DNA of 53,727 nucleotides from a candidate division WOR-3 bacterium (GTDB lineage Bacteria; Hydrothermota; Tepidihabitantia; Tepidihabitantales; Tepidihabitantaceae), in assembly GCA_020352555.1 (NCBI GenBank), contig CP070680.1:1991569-2045295 (forward strand). Direction: 5' to 3'. Below are positions 1 to 8,663 of the stretch, piece by piece. Numbering within the stretch: the first letter of the stretch is position 1; each line of letters begins with the position of its first letter. Position numbers and translations under genes: made by a program. The notes beneath the pieces were generated by a model. It had not been told where the DNA came from, ran no database searches, and was given only the letters and a program-made list of their open reading frames with translations.

Positions 1-1
1 C

Positions 2-652
2 GAAGATACGGTATTCTCGGTGCCGTCGGGCAATTTCGGGGACATGTGCGGCGGGCTGCTGGCGTTGCGCGCAGGCCTGCCGGCCGAGCGGTTCGTGATA
101 GCGACCAACGAGAACGACGAATTCCCGAGGTTCCTGGCCGAGGAGAAGTACGAGAAAATCGAGCCGTCCCGGGTCTGCATCTCGAACGCCATGAATGTCG
201 GCCACCCCTCCAACCTGCCGCGCGTGGTCGCACTGTACGGCGGGATGATGGACGAGAAAGGCAACGTCACCTCTGCCCCGGACTTCGGGCTGATGCGCAA
301 AGAGATGCACAGCACGAGCATCAACGACGAGCAGACACGGCAGGCGATTGTCGACACCTGGGAGAAGTTCAGGGTCATGCTCGAGCCGCACGGCGCAGTA
401 GGCTGGGCCGCGCTTGAGCGCTACCTGGCTGACGGGCACGCGCCGAAACGGGCGATAGCGATCGAGACCGCTCACCCGGCCAAGTTCCCGGAGGAAATCC
501 ACCGGCTGCTCAAGACCGAGCCCGAAATGCCTGCGAGCCTGGCCGGCCTGGACCAGAAGCAAGAGCAGTACGAAGACGGGCCGAACGAGTACAAGTGGTT
601 CCGGGAATGGCTGAGGAAAGCGTTCCAGCGTCCGAGAGGCCAAGTGGCCTAG
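2..652 (+). CDS. thrC: threonine synthase, C-terminal part (5' end cut by window edge)
   Basis: The frame of ORF 20..652 stays open back to nt 2 (EDTVFSVPSGNFGDMCGG...). The SVPSGNFG motif and ...ETAHPAKFPE... are typical of ThrC. Recognised by eye, no search run. Confidence 0.9.
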   Translation, partial: EDTVFSVPSGNFGDMCGGLLALRAGLPAERFVIATNENDEFPRFLAEEKYEKIEPSRVCISNAMNVGHPSNLPRVVALYGGMMDEKGNVTSAPDFGLMRKEMHSTSINDEQTRQAIVDTWEKFRVMLEPHGAVGWAALERYLADGHAPKRAIAIETAHPAKFPEEIHRLLKTEPEMPASLAGLDQKQEQYEDGPNEYKWFREWLRKAFQRPRGQVA

Positions 653-670
653 CGTAGAACACCCGACACG

Positions 671-1051
671 TTGAAGAGCTATCAGGACCTGACCGCTTGG
701 CAGAAGGTATTCGCGCTGTGCGTTGATGTCTACGAAGTGACAAAGCGGTTTCCCAAGACCGAGACATACGCACTGGCTTCGCAGATGCAGCGAGCCGCAG
801 TCTCGATCCCATCGAATATCGCCGAGGGCTTTGGACGCCGAACGACTGCTGACTTCCTGCACTCGCTATACATTGCGTACGGCTCGATCTGCGAGCTGGA
901 GACCCAGATACTCCTAACCTCGAAGCTCGGCTACCAGAAGCTCAAAGAGACCGAGAGACTCAGGCAGGAACTCGGAGACGCAGAGCGACTCACCAAGGCG
1001 CTGATCAAGTCGCTTGAGAAGAAACGCTCGGCTGGTCAGTCGCGCCAGTGA
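671..1051 (+). CDS. four-helix-bundle protein (23S rRNA intervening-sequence protein family)
   Basis: 126 aa with SIPSNIAEGFGRR....FLHSLYIAYGSICELETQILL, the signature I associate with the TIGR02436-type four-helix-bundle family. TTG start. Confidence 0.85.
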   Translation: MKSYQDLTAWQKVFALCVDVYEVTKRFPKTETYALASQMQRAAVSIPSNIAEGFGRRTTADFLHSLYIAYGSICELETQILLTSKLGYQKLKETERLRQELGDAERLTKALIKSLEKKRSAGQSRQ

Positions 1052-1089
1052 GCGCTGGAATTCGCATGGTTGGACCTGGCAAGTTCAGA

Positions 1090-1123
1090 CACTGGGCCAC
1101 TGGACCACTGGGCCACTAGGCCG
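1090..1123. repeat. four tandem octamers CACTGGGC-CACTGGAC-CACTGGGC-CACTAGGC (three TGGNCCA palindromes at 8-bp phase)
   Basis: Read directly. Ends 2 nt before ATG 1126. Confidence 0.7.
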
Positions 1124-1125
1124 CC

Positions 1126-2352
1126 ATGAACTTCGTTGTCTTCCTAGGTGACGGAATGGCTGATTTCCCGGTGCCCGAGCTCGGGAACCGGACACCGCTC
1201 CAGGTCGCGGACAAGCCCAACATGGACCGGATTGCGCACCAAGGCCGGTGCGGCACGCTGGTCACGGTCGAAGACGACATGCCGCCAGGCAGCGAGGTCG
1301 CCAACCTGACCGTGCTCGGATATGACCCGCACCAGGTATACCAGGGTCGGGGAGTGATCGAAGCAGCCAGCATGGGGGTCAAGCTCGAAGACACCGACAT
1401 CGGCATGCGCTGCAACCTGATATGCATCGAGGATGGCCTGATCAAGAACCACTCGGCCGGCCACATCTCGACCGAGGAGGCAGCCGAGCTCGTCGAGTTC
1501 CTGAACCAGCAGCTGGGTACCGACAACGCCAGTTTCCATCCTGGTATCAGCTATCGCCACCTGCTCGTGCTCAAGCAGGGCTCCCCTGAAATCGAATGCG
1601 CCCCGCCCCACGACCACGTCGGCGAGCGGGCCGAGGACCTACTGGTCAGGCCGAGGAACGACGAGGCGAAGCCGACAGCCGAACTGCTCAACAGCATGAT
1701 CCGGAAGTCCTGGGAGCTGCTCGACCAACATCCGGTCAACCGGAAGCGGCGCGAGCAGGGCAAGGACCCGGGAAACTCGATGTGGGTGTGGTCACCGGGC
1801 AGGAAGCCCAAGATGACGACGTTCAAGGAGAGCTACGGCATCACCGGAGCGGTGATATCGGCCGTGGACCTGATCAAGGGCATCGGCATCTACGCCGGGC
1901 TCGATGTCATCGAGGTCGAAGGCGCGACCGGGCTGATCAACACCAACTATGAAGGCAAGGCAGATGCCTGCCTTGAGGCCCTCAGGGACCACGACTTCGT
2001 GTACTTACATGTCGAGGCCCCGGACGAAGCCGGCCATGCCCGGGACGCGAAGCAGAAGGTGCAGTCGATCGAGTACCTGGACTCAAGGCTGATTGCGCGG
2101 GTGATGAAGGGCATCGAGGACAGAAGCATCGAAGCCAGGGTCGCAGTCCTGCCCGACCACGCTACCCCGGTGTCAAAGGGCAACCACATCCGCGGACCTG
2201 TGCCGGTCGCGATCATGGGTCCGGGCTTCGAACCGGACCCGGTGAAGGTCTTCGACGAGGAATCGGTCCTTGCCGGCGCGCTGGGCGAATGGAACAGGGG
2301 CGCTTGGGTCCCGATGCACGGCGACCGGTTTCTCCGCACCCTACTCGGCTGA
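1126..2352 (+). CDS. cofactor-independent phosphoglycerate mutase-like metalloenzyme (archaeal ApgM type; proposed non-canonical homoserine kinase)
   Basis: 408 aa. N-terminal VVFLGDGMAD metal-site motif and HVEAPDEAGH, full-length ApgM-like architecture. Located next to thrC. Confidence 0.85.
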   Translation: MNFVVFLGDGMADFPVPELGNRTPLQVADKPNMDRIAHQGRCGTLVTVEDDMPPGSEVANLTVLGYDPHQVYQGRGVIEAASMGVKLEDTDIGMRCNLICIEDGLIKNHSAGHISTEEAAELVEFLNQQLGTDNASFHPGISYRHLLVLKQGSPEIECAPPHDHVGERAEDLLVRPRNDEAKPTAELLNSMIRKSWELLDQHPVNRKRREQGKDPGNSMWVWSPGRKPKMTTFKESYGITGAVISAVDLIKGIGIYAGLDVIEVEGATGLINTNYEGKADACLEALRDHDFVYLHVEAPDEAGHARDAKQKVQSIEYLDSRLIARVMKGIEDRSIEARVAVLPDHATPVSKGNHIRGPVPVAIMGPGFEPDPVKVFDEESVLAGALGEWNRGAWVPMHGDRFLRTLLG

Positions 2353-2363
2353 CACCCCGGGCC

Positions 2364-4523
2364 GTGAAGCCCAGTCCCAGCGATTCCCGACCTGCACAGG
2401 CCTGGCTGGTCCCGGCTCTGCTGCTCGCGGTATGCACCCTGGTCTCAGGCCTGGCATTTGTCTGGCGCGGTCATCCGACATCGGTCGACTTCTGGCCCCA
2501 TCTGGTCCGCCAGTCCATCGTCCACAACTCCCTCGAGGCCGGGACTTCACCGTTCTGGTCATTCGAGTTCTACTGCGGCTACCCTCATCTCCGCTTCTAT
2601 CCCCCCTTGTTCGCCCTCCTGGCCGGCACCCTCTCCCTGGCTTTTGGCGCAGACCACGTGTCCGCGCTCAAACTCCTGCTCTTCGCGCTGCACCTGCTCT
2701 CCGGCCTGGCGATGTTCCAGTATCTCCGCTACCGCACCCACAGGCCGTGGGCCGCAGCAATCGGCACGCTCGTCTACCTCCTGGTGCCGTGGCGGATTCT
2801 GCACCTCGCCGTGCTCGCCAACTACCCCCAGTCACTGATATACCTGCTGCTCCCCTTGGTGTTCTACGCTTTCGAGCGAATCCGCGACAGCGGCGGCTTG
2901 CGGAGCGCGGTGCTGTTTGGGCTCTGCCTCGGGCTGATGGTCGCGTCCCACCTGCTCTATCTTCTCTTCACTCTTGTGTTCCTGGCCGTCGCCCTGCTGT
3001 CCCGGCCGAACCCGAGTTCAAGCCCGCCGTCCGTTCGGCGCCGATTCGCGCTGCTGGTCCTTGGCTGTGCCGGCGCGCTGCTGGTGTCGGCCTTCTTCGC
3101 CGTACCGTTCCTGACCGAGTTCCAGGCCCGGATCTACCCACATGCCGACCAAGTCCTGCCAGGTCCTGAGCTCGGCATCCTGCTCAAACCCTGGACCAGG
3201 CCGGGCGGGTACCAAGGCGCCTACCTCGGGCTCAGCGCCGTGCTCACGGCCCTGGCATCGGCCGCGGCAATCGTCCTGACCAGAGGCCGGCGGGCCCGGT
3301 CGCTTTGGGTCGTCCTCTGCCTTGGTCTGAGCCTGCTGTTGGTCTTCGGCACCAGGCTGCTCGGCCCGGTCGGCAACCGTCTCCTCTTTGGCCTGCCCGG
3401 AGCTCGGTTCCTGCTATTCTTGGTCTTCTACTTCGGCATTCTGAGCGCGGAAGGTATCAGCATGATTGAACGGGCCAGACGGATACCGGCTTGGGCCCAT
3501 GTCGGAGTACCGGCCCTACTGGCAGTGCTGGTGGGAATTGACTGTCTGCCCCACGCGATTCGAACCAGGGGCTACTTCTCAAGCGACAGGCGCTTCCTCA
3601 CCGGCAACGAGGAAGTCTACGCGGCACTGCAACAGGGCACAGCTGCTCGGGTCCTCGATCTTCCGGGCCATGAAGACCGTATCGACGACTACCAGCGCCT
3701 CGATGGTCCGCCTGCGATCAACTTCCTCTACGGCCGCCTGCCGTCGCCGTTCGGACCCCCCTACGGCCAGTTCGCGCCAAGGTCGATGCTCTACGTATAT
3801 CCGTGGCTGAACGCCGTCGCGGCGGAACTGGGTGACGATTCCGGCCTAAGCCTTTCTTCAGTCTCCCACAAGGCGCTCGCCCTCTCGGGCATCTCGCACG
3901 TCATCACAATACCGTCCTGGGTGGAGGTCGGAGGCAGCATCCTTGCGAAAGTCAAAGCAGGAATCACCTGGTTCACGAGCCCGCCCGGGGAACGCAAGCA
4001 GCCGCCGCTCATCCTCGGCGCAACGCAGCAACCGCTCCTCCTGGCGAGCACTCGGCTGCTGCCACTCCAGCCTGCCGGAGAAGTCAAGGCTCGCAGCATT
4101 ATGGTCGCGTCTGACTGGCGCAGGCTGCTTGACACCCTGGAGCTCGACATCGCTGCCCACAGTCTCAACTTCATTCCCGTCCGGTCCGGTACCGCTCAGA
4201 CCGCTCCAGGCCCGGCCAGCCTTGACATCATCGACCAGGAGGTACGCCAGGACCGGGTCGATGTCGAGCTCCATGCCCGGGGCGACTGCTTTGTCCGGCT
4301 GGCGGTCAGCTACTACCCGGAGCTCAGAATTCTTGTGGACGGCCGTCCGCTGGACTTCGGCGAGACCGCCGACCACTTCATCTGGTTCCGTTGCTCAGAG
4401 GGCCAGCACGAGGTGTCGGTATCTGCGCCTCTCGGCACCGTCCGCCTGCTCTGCCTGAAAATCAGCCTACTGGCGGTTCTGGTGTCTATCGCTGCACTCG
4501 CGTTCCTCAAACGAAACACCTGA
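2364..4523 (+). CDS. large polytopic membrane protein, possibly a GT-C/YfhO-like glycosyltransferase
   Basis: ORF 2289..4523. GTG 2364 is the first in-frame start after the upstream stop. It has 10 or more hydrophobic helices, then a soluble domain of about 300 aa and a terminal TM anchor. Function weakly supported. Confidence 0.7.
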   Translation: MKPSPSDSRPAQAWLVPALLLAVCTLVSGLAFVWRGHPTSVDFWPHLVRQSIVHNSLEAGTSPFWSFEFYCGYPHLRFYPPLFALLAGTLSLAFGADHVSALKLLLFALHLLSGLAMFQYLRYRTHRPWAAAIGTLVYLLVPWRILHLAVLANYPQSLIYLLLPLVFYAFERIRDSGGLRSAVLFGLCLGLMVASHLLYLLFTLVFLAVALLSRPNPSSSPPSVRRRFALLVLGCAGALLVSAFFAVPFLTEFQARIYPHADQVLPGPELGILLKPWTRPGGYQGAYLGLSAVLTALASAAAIVLTRGRRARSLWVVLCLGLSLLLVFGTRLLGPVGNRLLFGLPGARFLLFLVFYFGILSAEGISMIERARRIPAWAHVGVPALLAVLVGIDCLPHAIRTRGYFSSDRRFLTGNEEVYAALQQGTAARVLDLPGHEDRIDDYQRLDGPPAINFLYGRLPSPFGPPYGQFAPRSMLYVYPWLNAVAAELGDDSGLSLSSVSHKALALSGISHVITIPSWVEVGGSILAKVKAGITWFTSPPGERKQPPLILGATQQPLLLASTRLLPLQPAGEVKARSIMVASDWRRLLDTLELDIAAHSLNFIPVRSGTAQTAPGPASLDIIDQEVRQDRVDVELHARGDCFVRLAVSYYPELRILVDGRPLDFGETADHFIWFRCSEGQHEVSVSAPLGTVRLLCLKISLLAVLVSIAALAFLKRNT

Positions 4524-4545
4524 CGAACGAGTTGGGCCCGGAGTG

Positions 4546-5292
4546 CTACCCCGGCTTGCGGCCGATCGCGACCAACGAAGTCGCCGGCAGGAAGCCGTTG
4601 GTCCGGAAGTAGTTCTTCAGCTCCTGCCCCCTGACCTTGAATGTCTGGTCTCGATTGTAGTCGGCCGGGTGCTCGAGCATCGTGTCAACCATCTGCACCA
4701 GGTGCTCGATGTTGTCATTGTCCATCGGGTCGATGGGTGGTTCGATGTCTTCAGGCCCGACGTCGAACACCTCCAGGGATGACAGACCCAGCCCCTGGTA
4801 CATCTGGTACAGCTCGTCGCGCAGGTATGACTTGCGGTGGGTGATGCCCTTCAGAGTGTCGATGTCGGCCCTGAAGGTGTGGAACAGCACATGGCTCATC
4901 TGGGCCTTGTTCTGTTTGTCCCGGTACATCTCGCGCACGATGAAGAGCCCGCCGGGTCTGAGCACCCGCCTCATCCCGCTGAGCACCGTGCCCGGGCTCT
5001 TCATGTGGTGAAGCGAGTTCGAGATAGTGACTGTGTCAAACGACGCGTCCTCGAACCCGAGCTCCTCGGCATCCCTTGCGAAGAACCGTACCCTGTTGAG
5101 CAACTGCTGTTTCGCCGCCTCGCGCGCGGTTTCGAGCTCTTTCTCGTTGGTGTCGATACCGATGATCTCGTCGTACCCGGCCAAGTTCCGGGCAAGGGCG
5201 AACGCGAAGTCGCCATGCCCGGTCGCCACATCCAGGACCCTGCCTCCGGAGAACGCCGTGAGAACGTGGGGAAGCAGTCCGCCCTGGCTCAT
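4546..5292 (-). CDS. class I SAM-dependent methyltransferase
   Basis: VLDVATGHGDF (motif I) and RVLRPGGLFIV. ATG 5292 overlaps the upstream stop as ATGA. The ORF-track N-terminal extension to 5550 is Arg/Pro-rich and overlaps the neighbouring gene. Confidence 0.85.
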   Translation of the reverse strand: MSQGGLLPHVLTAFSGGRVLDVATGHGDFAFALARNLAGYDEIIGIDTNEKELETAREAAKQQLLNRVRFFARDAEELGFEDASFDTVTISNSLHHMKSPGTVLSGMRRVLRPGGLFIVREMYRDKQNKAQMSHVLFHTFRADIDTLKGITHRKSYLRDELYQMYQGLGLSSLEVFDVGPEDIEPPIDPMDNDNIEHLVQMVDTMLEHPADYNRDQTFKVRGQELKNYFRTNGFLPATSLVAIGRKPG

Positions 5293-5807
5293 TTTGCCAA
5301 GCAACGCAGCACCTCGCCGACGTACATCCGGTGGTAGTCCTTGTTCGGGTAGTTGTCGTCGATCGACGGGTCCAGGAACCGTTCGGGTGAGACGTCCTGG
5401 AAATACAGCTTGCGGCATTCGAGCACCATCCGCGCCTGCTCGAAATACACCGTGCCTTCGGCACCAAAGACCGGCTTGAGCCCGGTCTCTCCGGCCTTGT
5501 CGGTGTCCCGTCCCGACTTGGTGCCGCAGAGGGTCAGGGCATCGCGCCACTCCTCTTCGAAGAAGCTGAGCGTGAACCGGTCGTGCTCTTCCATGAACCC
5601 GTAGGTGTGCCGGGTCGGCCGTACGAAGCAGAACGCGACCGGCATGTTCCAGAGGATGCCGAGCCCGCCCCAGCTCGCGGTCATGGTGTTCCAGGCATCG
5701 ATGGTCCCGGCCGTTATCAGCATCCAGTCCTTGTCGATGAGCTTGAATACGTTGTCCTTGATCGCTTCGGGCGAAACCTCTCTGAACCTGACATCTTTGC
5801 CCTTCAC
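5289..5807 (-). CDS. flavin reductase-like FMN-binding domain protein
   Basis: 172 aa; LITAGT....NTMTASWGGLG pattern typical of the flavin reductase/flavoredoxin fold. GAGAGGAGAG SD upstream. Confidence 0.8.
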   Translation of the reverse strand: MKGKDVRFREVSPEAIKDNVFKLIDKDWMLITAGTIDAWNTMTASWGGLGILWNMPVAFCFVRPTRHTYGFMEEHDRFTLSFFEEEWRDALTLCGTKSGRDTDKAGETGLKPVFGAEGTVYFEQARMVLECRKLYFQDVSPERFLDPSIDDNYPNKDYHRMYVGEVLRCLAK

Positions 5808-5890
5808 TGCTCTCCTCTCACTTCTTCACTTGTTCTGCGCGTTTGGCGCAGGTGCCGTCAGACGGCTCACTACTGAAGCTCTTCTGCACA

Positions 5891-6568
5891 TCACTCCCCT
5901 ATCTCCATGCCCCGATTTCGAAACACGACCAGCAGCGTCTCGATTGTCGCGGCCGCCAGCAGTGCCGAGAACACGACATCGCTCACGAAGTGTGCGGCAG
6001 TCAAGACCCGGGTCGATGCCAGCAGTACGGCTGCAGCGATAAAGAGCAACCGGTACCTCGGTCTGAGCGCGGCAAGTGCCAGCCAGAGCCCGAAAGCTAT
6101 GGCCGCGTGCCCGGACGGAAACGAGTTGTAGTCGTACCCTGTCCTGAACCAGGTGAATCCGTACTGCCCGTGTTCGAACAGCATCAGGGGTCGCATCCTG
6201 CCGAAGAGCATCTTGAGCACATGGGCAAGGAACCATGTTCCCATCACCGACATCGCGACGAACACCGCATGCAGACTTGAAATCCTCGTCTTCTCCAGCG
6301 CGAAGACCCGGATGAAGTAGACCGCGACGAGGACCATGGACAGGCCGAGCGCGAACGGAAAGCTCGCCAGCAGGCTGAGCCAGCGGGCAGCCGCGTGCAC
6401 AGGCTCGGGCAGAGCCCAGCAGGCCCAGGCAAGAGGCTGGTCCAGGAACAGCATCGCCAGCCCGGCAGCCACGACGTACCCGGCCGGCTCAGCGAACTTG
6501 TACCAGTCCGTCCAGGGCCTTCGGACCAACATCGGCCCGTATCCTGACACAGACTGCCGGGTTGTCAA
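5891..6568 (-). CDS. PAP2-family membrane phosphatase
   Basis: KMLFGRMRP ... PSGH ... STRVLTAAHFVSD, the three PAP2 motifs, with multiple TM helices. Start uncertain (TTG 6568 or ATG 6532). Confidence 0.85.
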   Translation of the reverse strand: MTTRQSVSGYGPMLVRRPWTDWYKFAEPAGYVVAAGLAMLFLDQPLAWACWALPEPVHAAARWLSLLASFPFALGLSMVLVAVYFIRVFALEKTRISSLHAVFVAMSVMGTWFLAHVLKMLFGRMRPLMLFEHGQYGFTWFRTGYDYNSFPSGHAAIAFGLWLALAALRPRYRLLFIAAAVLLASTRVLTAAHFVSDVVFSALLAAATIETLLVVFRNRGMEIGE

Positions 6569-6580
6569 ATGCGTCTGGAC

Positions 6581-6608
6581 TTGTGCCGGCGAATCATCAT
6601 CCTAGACT
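6581..6608 (+). promoter_or_regulatory. sigma70-like promoter TTGTGC-N16-TAGACT for the BNR gene
   Basis: Hexamers read directly. Followed by a GGAGGA SD (6624..6629) and ATG 6633. Confidence 0.45.
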
Positions 6609-6632
6609 GACAGGTAATACCTTGGAGGACTG

Positions 6633-8021
6633 ATGAAGATTTCGGTCTTATGCATTGTCGCCCTTGCTATGCCTGCAGCCCTGGCCCAGTGGGAGCCGGA
6701 CGTCCGGCTGACGGCTCACGACAGCTCGGCCCACACCAGCTTCAGCAACACCCGCAGCATCGCGGTCGGACCGGACAGCACAGTCCACGTCTTCTGGTAC
6801 GACGGCCGCGATGGCCAGCAGGGCGAGATCTACTACAAGCGCTCGACCGACAACGGCACGACTTGGTCTGACGATGTCCGGCTGACCCGCTCCTCGGGCG
6901 TGTCCGAGGACCCGTGCGTCGCCCGGTCGGGCGACAGCCTGCACCTGGTCTGGTACGACACGCGCGATAATGTCTGGGGTGAGGTCTACTACAAACGCTC
7001 GCTCGATGCCGGCCTGACCTGGTCTGAGGACCTCCGGCTCACAAGTGACAGTGCCTATTCGCGCAACCCGGTCGTCGCCGCCGACGGCCGGCTCGTCCAC
7101 ATGGTCTGGGATGACGAAGGCAGGCAGAACCCTGGCCCGGAGATCTACTACCTATGTTCGACCGACGCGGGCGTGACCTGGTCCGCGCCCCTGCGCCTGA
7201 CCTATGCCCAGCACGAATCCTGGTATCCTGGCATCGCCTTGTCCGGCGGGTGCGTGCATGTAGCCTGGCGTGACTGGCGCGATCGGAGCTTCGAGGTCTG
7301 GTACAAGCGCTCGACCGACAGGGGGCTCACCTGGGACAGCGTTGACACCAGGCTGAGCGAAGACCTGACCAAAGGTTCCTACAACCCGGTGCTTGCCGCA
7401 TCCGGCAACGCAGTCCACGTCATCTGGTGGGACACCAGGCACGTGCCGTTCGAGCTCTACTACCGCCGCTCGCTCGACAGCGGGGCGTCCTGGGACCAGG
7501 AGACTAGGTTGACCGTGGATTCGAGCGGCTCCTACAACCCGGCGGTCGCTGCCGATGGCCCGAACGTCCACGTGTTCTGGGAAGCGCTTGCCGAATACTT
7601 GCCCGAGATCATGTACAAGTTCTCGACCGACAACGGCACAACCTGGTCCCCAGATACCCAGCTTACTCCCCGGCCCGGCGCCTACGCGGTCTCGCCGTCC
7701 TGTGCAGTCCAGGGCCCGGCCCTGCATCTGATCTGGACCGACTTCCGGGACCACGAACGCGGTCAGGTCTACTACAAACGCAACCTGACCGGCAACACGG
7801 TTGGGATGGAAGACTCGCGGGAGGCCGAGCGCCTGCCGCGCAACGCAGCGACCATCGCACACGGTTCGATGGTCCTCACGGGTGGCGAAGAGCTGTGGCT
7901 GCGCGACATCACCGGCCGGAGGGTCATGCTGCTACAGCCGGGCCTCAACGTCATCTCCGCTCTCGCGCCGGGAGTGTATTTCTCAGGACCGGGCAACCGG
8001 TGCGTGGTCAAGATCCGCTGA
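6633..8021 (+). CDS. secreted BNR/sialidase-like repeat protein with T9SS-type C-terminal domain
   Basis: Signal peptide MKISVLCIVALAMPAALAQ. Six S-x-D-x-G-x-(T/S)-W repeats (STDNGTTW, SLDAGLTW, STDAGVTW, STDRGLTW, SLDSGASW, STDNGTTW). C-terminal ...LRDITGRRVMLLQPGLNVISALAPGVYF.... Confidence 0.85.
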   Translation: MKISVLCIVALAMPAALAQWEPDVRLTAHDSSAHTSFSNTRSIAVGPDSTVHVFWYDGRDGQQGEIYYKRSTDNGTTWSDDVRLTRSSGVSEDPCVARSGDSLHLVWYDTRDNVWGEVYYKRSLDAGLTWSEDLRLTSDSAYSRNPVVAADGRLVHMVWDDEGRQNPGPEIYYLCSTDAGVTWSAPLRLTYAQHESWYPGIALSGGCVHVAWRDWRDRSFEVWYKRSTDRGLTWDSVDTRLSEDLTKGSYNPVLAASGNAVHVIWWDTRHVPFELYYRRSLDSGASWDQETRLTVDSSGSYNPAVAADGPNVHVFWEALAEYLPEIMYKFSTDNGTTWSPDTQLTPRPGAYAVSPSCAVQGPALHLIWTDFRDHERGQVYYKRNLTGNTVGMEDSREAERLPRNAATIAHGSMVLTGGEELWLRDITGRRVMLLQPGLNVISALAPGVYFSGPGNRCVVKIR

Positions 8022-8035
8022 CCATTGGAGGAACT

Positions 8036-8653
8036 ATGCCTACGACGCTCACAGACAAGAAGCTTGGAAAGCTCTATTTCCCGTCAACCAAGGTACCCTC
8101 GGTGGTGCGCGTGCCCAAGATGAACTTTCTGATGATTGACGGCAAGGGAGATCCGAGAAACGCGAAGTCTTTCCAGGAAGCCATCGGCGCTCTGTACGGG
8201 ACCGCCTACACCATGAAGTTCATGTACGACAAGGGTCATCCGATCCGGAATGCGCGTGTGCCGCCGCTCGAAGGTCTGTTCTGGACTCAAGGCCGGAGGC
8301 TGATGTCGTTTGATACACACAAAGGACTCTGCTGGACCCTGATGCTTCGGATGCCAGAGCCTGTGGGTAAGCGGGCGGTCTCTGCCGCAATAAAGGCCCT
8401 GACAGAGAAGAAGGACCCACCGGGGCTGGACAAACTGAGATTCGAGAGCTTGAGCGAAGGGCTGGCCGTACAGATCATGCACATCGGGCCCTATTCGGCC
8501 GAGCCCCCGACCGTCGAACGGCTGTTCGGATTCTGCAGGGGCAACGGCTACTCGCCGTCGGGGAAGCACCATGAAATCTACCATAGCGACCCGAACCGGA
8601 CCAAGCCCGAGAAGCTCAAGACCGTGATTCGCTACCCGGTGAAGAGGAAGTAG
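8036..8653 (+). CDS. GyrI-like small-molecule-binding domain protein
   Basis: ATG 8036 preceded by GGAGGA. FLMIDGKGDP....F..A...LY and HHEIYHSDP are typical of GyrI-like/SOUL-type effector-binding proteins. The upstream part of ORF 7895.. overlaps the BNR gene. Confidence 0.75.
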   Translation: MPTTLTDKKLGKLYFPSTKVPSVVRVPKMNFLMIDGKGDPRNAKSFQEAIGALYGTAYTMKFMYDKGHPIRNARVPPLEGLFWTQGRRLMSFDTHKGLCWTLMLRMPEPVGKRAVSAAIKALTEKKDPPGLDKLRFESLSEGLAVQIMHIGPYSAEPPTVERLFGFCRGNGYSPSGKHHEIYHSDPNRTKPEKLKTVIRYPVKRK

Positions 8654-8663
8654 CCGGACCGGC

